From positions 1 through 54,523 of the IMG/VR virus record IMGVR_UViG_3300044641_010325: a stretch of DNA of 54,523 nucleotides, one strand, 5' to 3'. Within the stretch, counting starts at the first letter, position 1. Every line of letters begins with the position of its first letter. The position numbers and the translations under genes are program-made. The stretch comes from a virus. Taxonomy: Duplodnaviria; Caudoviricetes. The notes below the pieces were generated by a model. That model made no database searches. It was not told the DNA's origin and was given only the letters and a program-made list of their open reading frames with translations. Shown here piece after piece: positions 1 through 9,862 of this stretch.

Positions 1-297
1 AGCGCGCGCAGCGATGGCGGCAAGGACTTCGGCGTCGTTCATATCGCCGACGGCGAGATCCGCCTGAGCGTGGATGTGTCCAAGCGCGTGACCTGGGACC
101 AGACGCAACTGGCGACGATCGCCAAACGCATCGATGCCGCGGGCGAGTCCGTCGAGGAATTTATCGACGTGAGCTACAGCATCTCCGAGTCGCGCTTCCA
201 GAGCTGGCCATCGACGCTGCGTTCGCAGTTCGAGGCCGCGCGCACCGTGAAGCCCGGCAAGCCGACGTATCGGCTGACCCCGAGCGAGGAGGCCTGA
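1..297 (+). CDS. Conserved phage hypothetical protein (5' truncated by window edge)
   Basis: Frame open from base 1 (SARSDGGKDFGVVH...KRVTWDQ...KPGKPTYRL); stop 1 nt before the next ATG. Confidence 0.75.
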   Translation, partial: SARSDGGKDFGVVHIADGEIRLSVDVSKRVTWDQTQLATIAKRIDAAGESVEEFIDVSYSISESRFQSWPSTLRSQFEAARTVKPGKPTYRLTPSEEA

Positions 298-298
298 G

Positions 299-1180
299 AT
301 GACACTTCCCATCATCGGCGCCGACCAGCGCATGTCCGAACGCCGCGGCGTGAAGGGCGTGCTCATCGGCAAATCCGGCATCGGCAAGACCTCGCAGCTG
401 TGGACCCTCGACGAGGGATCGACCCTGTTCCTCGATTTGGAGGCCGGCGATCTCGCGGTCGAGGACTGGGCCGGCGACAGCCTGCGCCCGCGGACCTGGA
501 GCGAGTGCCGCGACCTGGCGGTGTTCATCGGTGGCCCGAACCCGGCGCTGCGCGACGACCAGGCCTACAGCCAGGCGCATTACGACGCTGCCTGCGCGCG
601 CTACGGCGATCCGGCGCAGCTCGACAAGTACCACACGCTGTTCGTCGACTCGATCACCGTCGCCGGCCGGTTGTGCCTGCAGTGGAGCAAGGGACAGCCG
701 CAGGCGTACTCCGACAAGACCGGCAAGCCGGACATGCGCGGCGCCTACGGCCTCATGGGGCAGGAGATGATCGCTTGGCTCAACCACCTGCAGCACACCC
801 GCGGCAAGAGTGTGTGGTTCGTCGGCATCCTCGAAGAGAAGATCGACGACTTCGGCCGCCGCATCCTGCAGTTGCAGATCGACGGCAGCAAGACCGGGCT
901 GGAACTGCCGGGCATCGTCGATGAAGTCGTCACGATGACCGAGATCGCCGCCGCCGACGGCACGGCGTACCGCGCCTTCGTCTGCCACACCCTCAATCCA
1001 TGGGGATATCCGGCCAAGGATCGCTCGGGCCGACTCGAACAGATCGAGGAGCCGCATCTCGGTCGTCTCATGCAGAAGATCGCCGGCGCCGTGCGTCCCG
1101 CCATTGAGCGGCTCGATTACACGCGCCCTGCGCCGTCCAACAATTCCACTCCGGCTCCGGCCGCACAGGACGCACCATGA
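299..1180 (+). CDS. Phage AAA-family ATPase (AAA_24/Sak4-like recombination protein)
   Basis: Walker A GKSGIGKT, Walker B LFVDS, C-terminal AKDRSG motif. Confidence 0.85.
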   Translation: MTLPIIGADQRMSERRGVKGVLIGKSGIGKTSQLWTLDEGSTLFLDLEAGDLAVEDWAGDSLRPRTWSECRDLAVFIGGPNPALRDDQAYSQAHYDAACARYGDPAQLDKYHTLFVDSITVAGRLCLQWSKGQPQAYSDKTGKPDMRGAYGLMGQEMIAWLNHLQHTRGKSVWFVGILEEKIDDFGRRILQLQIDGSKTGLELPGIVDEVVTMTEIAAADGTAYRAFVCHTLNPWGYPAKDRSGRLEQIEEPHLGRLMQKIAGAVRPAIERLDYTRPAPSNNSTPAPAAQDAP

Positions 1181-1767
1181 CCATCTGGCACGATTTCAAC
1201 GACGCCGAACAGCAGCAGACCTTCGACCTCATCCCCAAGGGCACCGTCGCCTGGGTGCGGATGACGATCAAGCCCGGCGGCTACAACGACCCGAGCCAGG
1301 GCTGGACCGGCGGCTGGGCGACGCGCAGCGACGAGACCGGCGCGATCTACCTGGCCTGCGAGTTCGTGGTGCTGGAAGGCCCGTTCGCCAAGCGCAAGCT
1401 CTGGTCGAACATCGGTCTGCACAGCAGCAAGGGACCGACATGGGCGGGCATGGGCCGCAGCCTGCTGCGCGCCATCCTCAACTCCGCGCGCAACGTGCGG
1501 CCGGAGGACAACAGCCCGCAGGCCGCCGCCGTGCGTCGGATTCATGGATTCCACGAACTGGAGGGCATCGCCTTCGTCGCGAAGATCGATGTCGAACGCG
1601 ACGGCCGGGACGAATTGCGGAACATCATCAAACAGGCGGTGGAGCCTGGCCAGCCCGACTACCCCTCGGGCGCACCGCCGGCCGCCGGTGCCGCCGCGCG
1701 CGTGCCGGCGCAGGCGACGCCCAGCGCACCGGCCGCGCCGACCGGCCGCCCGACGTGGGCGCAGTAA
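1177..1767 (+). CDS. Phage ssDNA-binding-like protein (DUF669-like)
   Basis: ATGA overlap with the ATPase; DFNDA start, EFVVLEGPFAKRKLW, Pro/Ala-rich tail ending PTWAQ; usual partner of Sak4-like ATPases. Confidence 0.6.
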   Translation: MTIWHDFNDAEQQQTFDLIPKGTVAWVRMTIKPGGYNDPSQGWTGGWATRSDETGAIYLACEFVVLEGPFAKRKLWSNIGLHSSKGPTWAGMGRSLLRAILNSARNVRPEDNSPQAAAVRRIHGFHELEGIAFVAKIDVERDGRDELRNIIKQAVEPGQPDYPSGAPPAAGAAARVPAQATPSAPAAPTGRPTWAQ

Positions 1768-1776
1768 GGCGCGCAC

Positions 1777-2196
1777 TTGCGGTGCTGGGCCTGCGGCCAA
1801 CCGGCACGCGGGTTCGGTCACCTTGACCTGAGACACCCGCCCGCCGATCCACGGCGTTACCCGCACCGTTGGGCCTTCTGCTCAACGCGCTGCCAGGACG
1901 CCTTTCACCAACTCTACGACACCCACCGCCGGCACCAGCCGGCGGCGCTGGAGGAGCTTGTTCCCGTGACTCTGCCCTTGTCCCCCGATGCCCAGCGCGC
2001 CTGCCTGCTCGCGCTCGGCAACGCCGCCGATGCGGTCGGCTTCGCCGTGCCACTGGCGCAGTACTCGCAGACCCAGGCGCTGCACGTCATCGACGCGGTG
2101 ATCCACGCCTACGAGCGCCAGCAGCACCAGCACTCGCGCGCGCTGCGCGGACTGCCGCCGCTGGACGATTTCGAAGACAGCGAAATTCCGTTCTGA
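1777..2196 (+). CDS. Phage hypothetical protein with putative Zn-binding motif (DUF6511-like)
   Basis: CWAC...FCSTRC, acidic end EDSEIPF; TTG start. Confidence 0.6.
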   Translation: MRCWACGQPARGFGHLDLRHPPADPRRYPHRWAFCSTRCQDAFHQLYDTHRRHQPAALEELVPVTLPLSPDAQRACLLALGNAADAVGFAVPLAQYSQTQALHVIDAVIHAYERQQHQHSRALRGLPPLDDFEDSEIPF

Positions 2197-2205
2197 GGCC
2201 GACCG

Positions 2206-2940
2206 ATGCTGGATTTCAACTCATCGTCGACCGAGTCCGGACGGCTCGAAGCCCTGATCGACATCGGCCTGCAACAGGCGCGTGCCGCCGAACCCAAACG
2301 CACCTACCTCGGCGCATCGCGGCTCGGCGTGGCCTGCTCGCGTGCGCTGCAGTACGAGTACGCCGACGCGCCGGTCGATTCCGGTCGCGACACCGATGGC
2401 CGCATGCTGCGCATCTTCGAGCGTGGCCACGTGCTCGAGGAGAGCATGGTCGCGTGGCTGCGCGGTGCCGGCTTCGATCTGCGCACGCGACAGGACGACG
2501 GCACGCAGTTCGGCTTCTCCGCGCTCGACGGTCGATTGCGCGGTCACGTCGACGGCGTCTTCGTCGCCGGTCCCGAAGGCTACGTCTACCCGGCGCTCTG
2601 GGAGTGTAAATTCCTCGGCGCCAAGGCCTGGCGCGACCTGGAGAAGCACAGGCTCGCCGTCGCCAAGCCGGTGTATGCCGCGCAGGTCGCGATATACCAG
2701 GCGTATCTCGATCTGCACGCCCACCCGGCGCTGTTCACCGCGATCAATGCCGACACGATGGAGGTCTACGCCGAGCGCGTGCCCTTCGACGGCCAGCTCG
2801 CGCAGCGCATGTCCGACCGCGCGGTGCAGATCGTGCTCGCCACCGATGCCGGCGAGCTGCTGCCGCGCAGATTCTCCGATCCCACCCATTTCGAGTGCCG
2901 CTTCTGCGCCTGGCAGGACCGCTGCTGGAGATCCGCATGA
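2206..2940 (+). CDS. PD-(D/E)XK exonuclease, Cas4-like phage nuclease
   Basis: YLGASRLG-C, GHVDG, WECK, QVAIYQAY, terminal CRFCAWQDRC Fe-S-type cysteines. Confidence 0.85.
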   Translation: MLDFNSSSTESGRLEALIDIGLQQARAAEPKRTYLGASRLGVACSRALQYEYADAPVDSGRDTDGRMLRIFERGHVLEESMVAWLRGAGFDLRTRQDDGTQFGFSALDGRLRGHVDGVFVAGPEGYVYPALWECKFLGAKAWRDLEKHRLAVAKPVYAAQVAIYQAYLDLHAHPALFTAINADTMEVYAERVPFDGQLAQRMSDRAVQIVLATDAGELLPRRFSDPTHFECRFCAWQDRCWRSA

Positions 2941-3173
2941 CCCCCGATGTCCTTCCCGATTTCAACGAGCCGATGGTCGCTGCGCGTACCGCGCATCAGG
3001 CGTTGTGCATTCCGATGCAGTGGCTCAACAACAAAGTCCAGCGCCGCGCGCGGGGCGTACCGCACTACCGCATCGGTCACCTGGTCCGGTTCCGTCTGGG
3101 CGAACTGGAGCAGTGGCGCGATCGCCACGCGACCGTGATCGTGACGGCGAGGGAGCACGCCGATGGCGAATGA
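2937..3173 (+). CDS. Small excisionase-like/HTH DNA-binding protein
   Basis: ATG 2937 overlaps upstream stop; PHYRIGHLVRFRLGELEQW resembles the Xis/MerR-type wing. Confidence 0.6.
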   Translation: MTPDVLPDFNEPMVAARTAHQALCIPMQWLNNKVQRRARGVPHYRIGHLVRFRLGELEQWRDRHATVIVTAREHADGE

Positions 3174-5445
3174 CTGGCTCGACTTCAATGACGCCGAGCC
3201 GGCCACGCCTGTACACCCGCAGGACGACTCGCGCGAGGCGATCCGCGTCGAGCTGATCGCGCGCCTGGAGGCAGTGCTGACGATGCTGTTCCCGGCCGGC
3301 AAGGTACGCCGCGGCAAGTTCATCATCGGCGATGCGTTAGGCAGCCCCGGCGACAGTCTCGAAGTGGTGCTGACGGGTGAGAAGGCCGGATTGTGGACCG
3401 ACCGCGCCGACGGCAACGGTGGCGACATCTTCGACCTGATCGCGGCGCATTTCCGGATCGACGTACACGCCGAGTTTCCGCGCGTGCTGGAAGAAGCGGC
3501 TCGCCTGTTGGGGCGCATCCGCGACGCCGATCGCGAAGCCGAAAAAGACCCCGCCGATGGACGACCTCGGCCCGGCGACCGCGAAGTGGGATTACCTCGA
3601 CGCCGACGGCGAGTTGATCGCGGTGGTGTACCGCTACGATCCGCCGGGCGGCAAGAAGGAATTCCGGCCGTGGGATGCGAAGCGCCGCAAGATGGCGCCA
3701 CCGGAGCCGCGTCCGCTGTATCACCAGCCGGGCATCGCGACCGCGGACACGGTGGTCCTGGTGGAAGGCGAGAAGTGCGCGCAGGCGCTGATCGACGCCG
3801 GTATCGTCGCGACCACGGCGATGCACGGCGCGAACGCGCCGGTCGACAAGACCGACTGGTCGCCGCTGGCCGGCAAGGCGCTGCTGCTGTGGCCTGACAA
3901 GGACGTGCCGGGCTGGGAGTACGCGACGGCCGCGGCGCAGGCCGCGCTCGCCGTTGGCGCAACGTCCTGTGACATTCTGCTGCCGCCTGACGAGAAACCG
4001 GAAGGTTGGGATGCGGCCGACGCGCTGGCCGACGGCTTCGACGTCGCCGGCTTCATCGCCAGCGGCCCGCGCATGTGCATCAAGCCCGCGACCGCGACGC
4101 CGACGCAGGAGGCCTCGGTCTGGGCGACCGACGACGCGCTCGCGCTGTCCTTCACCACCCGCTACGCCGAGGACTGGCGCTACTGCGCGGCCTGGGACAA
4201 GTGGCTGTTGTGGGAGGGGCGCCGCTGGCAAGCCGACGACACGCTCCTGGTCCAGCACCTGTCCGGGCGGTGTGCCGCGAGGCGGCGCTGAAGGCCGACT
4301 CGCACCGGCTTGCCGCGAAGCTCGCCGCCAGCGGCACCGTCGGCGGGGTGGAGCGGCTGGCGCGCACCGACCGTCGGCATGCGGCGACGGCGGAGGTCTG
4401 GGACGCGAATCAGTACGCGCTGAACACGCCCAGCGGGATCGTCGATCTGCGCAGTGGCCGGCTCCGGCCGCACGACCGAGGCGAGCACCACACCCGGCTG
4501 GCGACGGCCACGCCGAAGGGCGACTGTCCCCGCTGGCGGGCGTTCCTCGGCGATGTGACCGGCGGCGATGCGGATCTGCAGGCGTACCTGCAACGCATGG
4601 CCGGCTACTGCCTCACCGGCGCGACCAGCGCGCATGCGCTGTTCTTCCTGTACGGCACCGGTGCGAACGGCAAGTCGGTGTTCGTGAACGTGCTGGCGAC
4701 GCTGCTGGGCGACTACGCGACCAACGCGCCGATGGACACGTTCATGGAGGCGCGCGGCGACCGCCATCCGACCGACCTGGCGGGGCTGCGCGGTGCGCGC
4801 TTCGTGGCCTCTGTCGAAACCGAGCAAGGTCGGCGCTGGAACGAATCGAAGGTCAAGGCCATCACCGGCGGCGACAAGGTCTCGGCGCGGTTCATGCGTC
4901 AGGACTTCTTCGAGTACACGCCGCAGTTCAAGTTGGTGATCGCCGGCAACCACAAGCCCGCCATCCGCAACGTCGACGAGGCGATGAAGCGGCGCATGCA
5001 CCTGATCCCGTTCACGGTGACGATCCCGCCCGCGCGTCGGGATCCGGCACTCACCGAAAAGTTGCTGGCCGAGCGCGACGGCATCCTCGCTTGGGCGCTG
5101 ACCGGGTGCCTGCAATGGCAGCGCACGGGGCTGCAACCGCCCGCCAGCGTGGTCTCGGCGACCGAGGAGTATTTCGAGGCCGAAGACGCGCTCGGGCGGT
5201 GGATCGACGAGCGCTGCGTGCGCGAGGTCAACGCCAAGGCACTGACCGGCGAATTGTTCAACGACTGGAAGGCGTGGGCCGAAGCGGCGGGCGAATTCGT
5301 CGGCTCGCAGCGCCGCTTCTCGGACCTGCTCGTGGCACGCGGCATCGAAAAGTGGCGTAACCCGCTTGGCGTGCGGGGCTTCCAGGGGATCGGCGCGAAG
5401 GTCGTGCCCAGGTCTGGATACACGCCTTATGCCGATCCCGATTAA
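3163..5445 (+). pseudogene. P4-family phage/plasmid primase-helicase (TOPRIM + D5/SF3 helicase) split by two frameshifts (about 3514 and 4261); may be sequencing errors
   Basis: Three overlapping frames join into one protein: N-terminal domain, TOPRIM (VLVEGEKCA, WPDKD, GWDAAD), SF3 helicase (YGTGANGKS, GNHKP, RRMHLIPF). Confidence 0.85.
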
Positions 5446-5450
5446 CCCGC

Positions 5451-5542
5451 CCGACGCAGCCGACGCAGTTCATGATTTACGCCCACGCGTGCGCGCACAC
5501 GCACGTATAGGGAGGAACCACGAACAGCGTCGGCTGTGTCAG
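5451..5542. repeat. Tandem CCGACGCAG x2 with an inverted partner; candidate replication origin
   Basis: ccgacgcag at 5451-5459 and 5460-5468; near reverse complement gcgtcggctgtgtcag at 5527-5542; alternating purine/pyrimidine tract between. Confidence 0.45.
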
Positions 5543-5566
5543 GCATCCCTCAATGGAAACCTGACG

Positions 5567-6034
5567 ATGACCCAGACACTTCTCGCCCTGGACCTGGGCA
5601 CCACCACCGGCTGGGCACTGCGCACCCCCGATCGCCGTATCGTGAGCGGCACCCACTCCTTCAAGCCGCAACGCTTCGAGGGCGGCGGCATGCGCTTCCT
5701 GCGCTTCGTGCGTTGGCTCGACGAACTGCAGACGCTCTCGGGCGGACTGCACCAGCTCGCGTTCGAGGAAGTGCGCCGGCATGCGTCCACGGACGCGGCG
5801 CACGCCTACGGCGGTTTCCTTGGCCAGCTCACGGCCTGGTGCGAACAACGCCAGATCCCGTACCAGGGCGTACCCGTGGGTACGATCAAGAAGCACGCCA
5901 CCGGCAAGGGCAACGCGAACAAGGACGCAATGCTCGCCGCGGTGCGGGGCTGGGGCTATGCCCCGGTCGACGACAACGAAGCGGATGCGCTTGCCCTGCT
6001 GCATTGGGCCATCGCGCAGGAGCGTTCGGCATGA
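5567..6034 (+). CDS. RuvC-like Holliday junction resolvase
   Basis: LALDLGTTTGWA, FEEV, IKKHATGKGNANK, DDNEADALA. Confidence 0.85.
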   Translation: MTQTLLALDLGTTTGWALRTPDRRIVSGTHSFKPQRFEGGGMRFLRFVRWLDELQTLSGGLHQLAFEEVRRHASTDAAHAYGGFLGQLTAWCEQRQIPYQGVPVGTIKKHATGKGNANKDAMLAAVRGWGYAPVDDNEADALALLHWAIAQERSA

Positions 6035-6447
6035 CCGTGTGGACGTTCGACGAGGTCGAGCACCGCTTCCACGAAGCCGCGGCGACGTCGTTCCGGTTGC
6101 CCGCGGCGCGGGTCGCCGGCTACGTCAGCCTGTGGCCCGAGATCGCACGCCAGTCGTGGGAGGGCTACGCGGACGAGCGGATCGTGCTGCGCTTCCCGGC
6201 GACGCCTGCGGCGGTCGATCGCCTGGCCGAGACCACGCAGTGGCTGCAATGGCTGAGCGTGGAGCAACGCAAGCTGGTGTGGGCACGCGCCCGCTACGTG
6301 CCGTGGCGCGCGATCTGCGCAGCGCACCACTGCTCCAAGCCCACCGCGTGGCGACGCTGGCGGCACGCGCTCACGCTGATCGTAGTGCAGCTCAACGGCC
6401 AGCCGCCGCGCATCGTGGATGCGATTGCGCAGCGTGACGCGACGTGA
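6031..6447 (+). CDS. DUF6362-like HTH protein; possible late-gene regulator
   Basis: ATGA overlap; WLQWL...RKLVWARA...W..IC...TAWRRW HTH-like C-terminus; last gene before the cos/late region. Confidence 0.65.
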   Translation: MTVWTFDEVEHRFHEAAATSFRLPAARVAGYVSLWPEIARQSWEGYADERIVLRFPATPAAVDRLAETTQWLQWLSVEQRKLVWARARYVPWRAICAAHHCSKPTAWRRWRHALTLIVVQLNGQPPRIVDAIAQRDAT

Positions 6448-6618
6448 AGCAATCGAACGCAAGCGCGCGCGTTGGATCGTAAAACCCCACGAAAATCGAT
6501 GAAATACTTCCCCCGATTGCAGGGTATCTTTTGTGCCACGGTGGTCATGCGTCCTGAAGCAGCACGCTTCGGACGCGATGGCGACCCACGAGGTCCGACG
6601 TAGACCCACAGGGTCTAC

Positions 6619-6743
6619 GGGTCCTCCCTGCGCCCCTGCTAGAGCGGGCGGCAGAGCCGCAGAACCCCGCTACCGTCAGACCGCAAACCGAGGTTTGCGC
6701 CGGTTTGCGGGTTTGCAGGTTTGCGGTGCAACCCACGGTTTGC
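6619..6743 (+). other. Lambda-like cos packaging site (cosQ-, cosN- and cosB-like elements)
   Basis: GGGTCCT at 6619-6625 (lambda cosQ sequence); GGGCGGC-N5-CGC-N7-CGCTA at 6646-6672 (same layout as the lambda left end); five GGTTTGC plus one inverted GCAAACC within 6683-6743. Confidence 0.7.
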
Positions 6744-6843
6744 AGGCCCCATCCCTGGGGCCTGTCGCTCCGCGACCCGCCTGCGGCGGTCCAAACGCGC
6801 TCCATGCGCGTTTGTGCACCGCGACGATGTTCCACTTCTCTCC

Positions 6844-6911
6844 AACCCACCGGCCATTGCGTTCGCGTTCCCCCCTGTTCCCGGGCGCGATGGTCGGTGG
6901 GTTCCTTTTTT
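6844..6911 (+). terminator. Long hairpin plus T-tract just upstream of the methyltransferase operon (terminator/attenuator)
   Basis: AACCCACCGGCCATTGCG pairs with CGCGATGGTCGGTGGGTT (G-U allowed), followed by CCTTTTTT. Confidence 0.55.
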
Positions 6912-6921
6912 CGAGTCCACG

Positions 6922-8406
6922 ATGTCCCACGCCCTCACCGTCGAGACCCGTCGGGTCGAGGCGCTGATTCCCTACGCGAAAAACCCGCGCACGCACAGCG
7001 ACGCGCAGATCGCGCAGATCGCCGCGAGCATCGTGGAATTCGGCTGGACCTCGCCGCTCCTGGTGGATGGCGAGAACGGCGTGATCGCCGGCCACGGCCG
7101 GCTGCTCGCCGCGCGTCGGCTCGGCATGACCGAGGTGCCGGTGATCGAACTGGCGCACCTGAGCGCGGCGCAGAAGCGCGCGTTGGTGATCGCCGACAAC
7201 CGCATCGCCCTCGATGCCGGTTGGGATGAGGCGCTGCTGGTGCTGGAACTGGCCGATCTCGCCGAGGTCGGTTTCGACCTGGACATGACCGGCTTCACCG
7301 CCAGCGAGATCGAGCGCCTGCTCGACCTGGTGGAAGACGGCGACGCGGCAGGCGGCGATCAGGAACCTGTATCGCGTGCTGCGGACGCGGCCAACGACGA
7401 AAGCGCGGATGCCGACGACGATGCGATCGACAACGGCGAGGAAGACAGCGGCGAGGACCACGATCCCGCATCGACGATCGCGCCGGTGTCCCGCGCGGGC
7501 GATGTCTGGATCATCGGCAGGCACCGGCTGATCTGCGGTGACGCTGGCGATCCGGCCGTCGTCGCGGCGCTGATGCGTGGCGAGACCGCGCACCTGTGCA
7601 TCACCTCGCCGCCCTACGCCCGGCAGCGCGACTACGCCAGCGGCATCGGCGATTGGGACGCGCTGATGCGCGGCGTGTTCGCCGCGGCCGAGGACGCATT
7701 GCGCGACGACGCCCAACTGCTGGTCAACCTCGGCCTCGTCCACGACGACAACGAAGTGCAGCCGTATTGGGACGCCTGGGTCGCGTCGATGCGCGCGCAA
7801 GGATGGCGTCGCTTCGGCTGGTACGTCTGGGACCAGGGGCCGGGTCTGCCGGGCGACTGGCGCGGTCGTCTCGCGCCCAGCTTCGAGTTCGTCTTCCACT
7901 TCAACCGCCACAACCGCAAGGCGAACAAGACCGTGCCGTGCAAGTTCGCGGGGCAGGACATCCACCTGCGCGCCGATGGCTCGTCCACCGCGCTGCGCGG
8001 TCGGGACGGCGGGGCGCTGGCGTGGTCGCACGAACACCAGCCGACGCAGGCCATGCGGATTCCAGACTCGGTGATTCGCATCATGCGCCACAAGGGCAAG
8101 CTCGGCCGGGACATCGACCATCCGGCCGTGTTCCCGGTCGCGCTGCCGACGTTCGTCATCGAAGCGTATTCGGAAGCGGGCGAGGTGGTGTACGAACCCT
8201 TTGGCGGCAGCGGCACGACGCTGATCGCCTGCGAGCGCACCGGGCGCGTCTGCCGGGCGGTGGAGATCGCCGCCGAGTACGTCGATGTCGCCATCGAACG
8301 CATTCGCCAGCAATTGCCGGGGCTCCCGATCACGCTCGAAGCGACCGGCCAACGATTCGATGCGGTCGCGGCCGAGCGCTGCGGCACTGCGTCGGAGGCG
8401 GCATGA
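6922..8406 (+). CDS. ParB-N-domain fused DNA methyltransferase (N4-C/N6-A, beta class)
   Basis: LIPYAKNPRTHS...IAGHGRL...ADNRIA ParB domain; catalytic TSPPY; HPAVFP; EPFGGSGTT. Confidence 0.9.
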   Translation: MSHALTVETRRVEALIPYAKNPRTHSDAQIAQIAASIVEFGWTSPLLVDGENGVIAGHGRLLAARRLGMTEVPVIELAHLSAAQKRALVIADNRIALDAGWDEALLVLELADLAEVGFDLDMTGFTASEIERLLDLVEDGDAAGGDQEPVSRAADAANDESADADDDAIDNGEEDSGEDHDPASTIAPVSRAGDVWIIGRHRLICGDAGDPAVVAALMRGETAHLCITSPPYARQRDYASGIGDWDALMRGVFAAAEDALRDDAQLLVNLGLVHDDNEVQPYWDAWVASMRAQGWRRFGWYVWDQGPGLPGDWRGRLAPSFEFVFHFNRHNRKANKTVPCKFAGQDIHLRADGSSTALRGRDGGALAWSHEHQPTQAMRIPDSVIRIMRHKGKLGRDIDHPAVFPVALPTFVIEAYSEAGEVVYEPFGGSGTTLIACERTGRVCRAVEIAAEYVDVAIERIRQQLPGLPITLEATGQRFDAVAAERCGTASEAA

Positions 8407-9653
8407 GCTGGGTCGCAGACAAGATCGAGCAGTGGCCGCTCGCGCGGCTGCTGCCGTATGCGCGCAATGCGCGCACGCACTCGGACGACCAGGTCGCGCA
8501 GATCGCGGCCAGCATCGTCGAGTTCGGGTTCACGAACCCGATTCTGGTCGGTGGCGACGGCGTGATCGTCGCCGGCCACGGCCGCCTGGCCGCCGCGCGC
8601 AAGCTCGGACTGGAGGCGGTGCCGGTGGTCGTCCTCGATCACCTGACCCCGACCCAGCGTCGCGCGCTGGTGATCGCGGACAACCGCATCGCCGAGAACG
8701 CGGCGTGGGACGACGCCATGCTGCGCACCGAACTGGAAGCGCTGCAGGCCGACGGTTTCGATCTGGACCTGACCGGCTTCGATCCGGACGCGCTCGCCGA
8801 ACTGCTGGCCGGCGAAGAAACCGACCAGGCCGGTGACGTCGACGATGACGAGGTGCCCGAGGAAGCCGCCGCGGTGGTGTCGCGCCCCGGCGACCTGTGG
8901 GTGCTGGGCGAACACCGCGTGCTGTGCGGCGATGCCACTGACCCCGAGAGCTACGTGCGTCTGCTGTCGGGCGAACGCGCGGACATGGTCTTCATCGACC
9001 CTCCGTACAACGTCGATTACGCCAACAGCGCCAAGGACAGGCTCCGCGGTACGCAGCGTCCGATCCTCAACGACAATCTCGGCGCGGCCTTCCACGACTT
9101 CCTGCTCGCCGCGCTGACGCCGATCGTGGCGCAGTGCCGCGGTGCGATCTACATCGCCATGTCTTCGGGCGAACTCGACACGCTGCAGGCGGCGTTTCGC
9201 GCCGCAGGCGGTCACTGGTCGACGTTCGTGATCTGGGCGAAGAACACCTTCACCCTCGGACGCGCCGACTACCAGCGCCAGTTCGAGCCGATCCTCTATG
9301 GCTGGCCGGAAGGCGCGCAGCGCCACTGGTGCGGCGATCGCGACCAGGGCGACGTGTGGCAGATCAAGAAGCCGCAGCGCAACGATCTGCACCCGACGAT
9401 GAAGCCGGTGGAACTGGTGGAGCGGTGCATCCGCAACTCCAGCCGGCCGGGCGACGTGGTCCTCGACGGCTTCGGCGGATCGGGCACGACGCTGATCGCC
9501 GCGCACAAAAGCGGCCGGCGCGCGCGCCTGATGGAACTCGATCCGAAATACGTCGATGTGATCGTGCGCCGCTGGCAGACCTGGAGCGGCGAATCCGCCC
9601 TGCGTGAAGCCGACGGCGTGTCGTTCGACGACGCCGCCGATGCGCTCGCATGA
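8403..9653 (+). CDS. Second ParB-N-domain fused DNA methyltransferase (N6-A/N4-C)
   Basis: ATG 8403; LLPYARNARTHS ParB domain; DPPY; HPTMKPV; DGFGGSGTT. Confidence 0.9.
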   Translation: MSWVADKIEQWPLARLLPYARNARTHSDDQVAQIAASIVEFGFTNPILVGGDGVIVAGHGRLAAARKLGLEAVPVVVLDHLTPTQRRALVIADNRIAENAAWDDAMLRTELEALQADGFDLDLTGFDPDALAELLAGEETDQAGDVDDDEVPEEAAAVVSRPGDLWVLGEHRVLCGDATDPESYVRLLSGERADMVFIDPPYNVDYANSAKDRLRGTQRPILNDNLGAAFHDFLLAALTPIVAQCRGAIYIAMSSGELDTLQAAFRAAGGHWSTFVIWAKNTFTLGRADYQRQFEPILYGWPEGAQRHWCGDRDQGDVWQIKKPQRNDLHPTMKPVELVERCIRNSSRPGDVVLDGFGGSGTTLIAAHKSGRRARLMELDPKYVDVIVRRWQTWSGESALREADGVSFDDAADALA

Positions 9654-9862
9654 ACCCGGCACTGCACGCGCCGGCCTTCTACAACGAAATCGAACCCTAC
9701 CTCTGCGCATGGCTCAACAACCAGATCGCCGCCGGCCTCATTCCACCGGGCCGCGTCGACGGGCGGGACATCCGTGACCTCGACCCGCACGACCTCGCGG
9801 GCCACCGGCAAGTCCACCTGTTCGCAGGCGTCGGCGGCTGGGCCTACGCCGCCCGGCTCGCC
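9650..9862 (+). pseudogene. N-terminal fragment of a phage C5-cytosine DNA methyltransferase
   Basis: AFYNEIEPY...GRVDGRDIRDL...HLFAGVGGW (motif I); similarity and GC-rich codon usage stop at about 9862; no PCQ catalytic motif follows. Confidence 0.8.
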
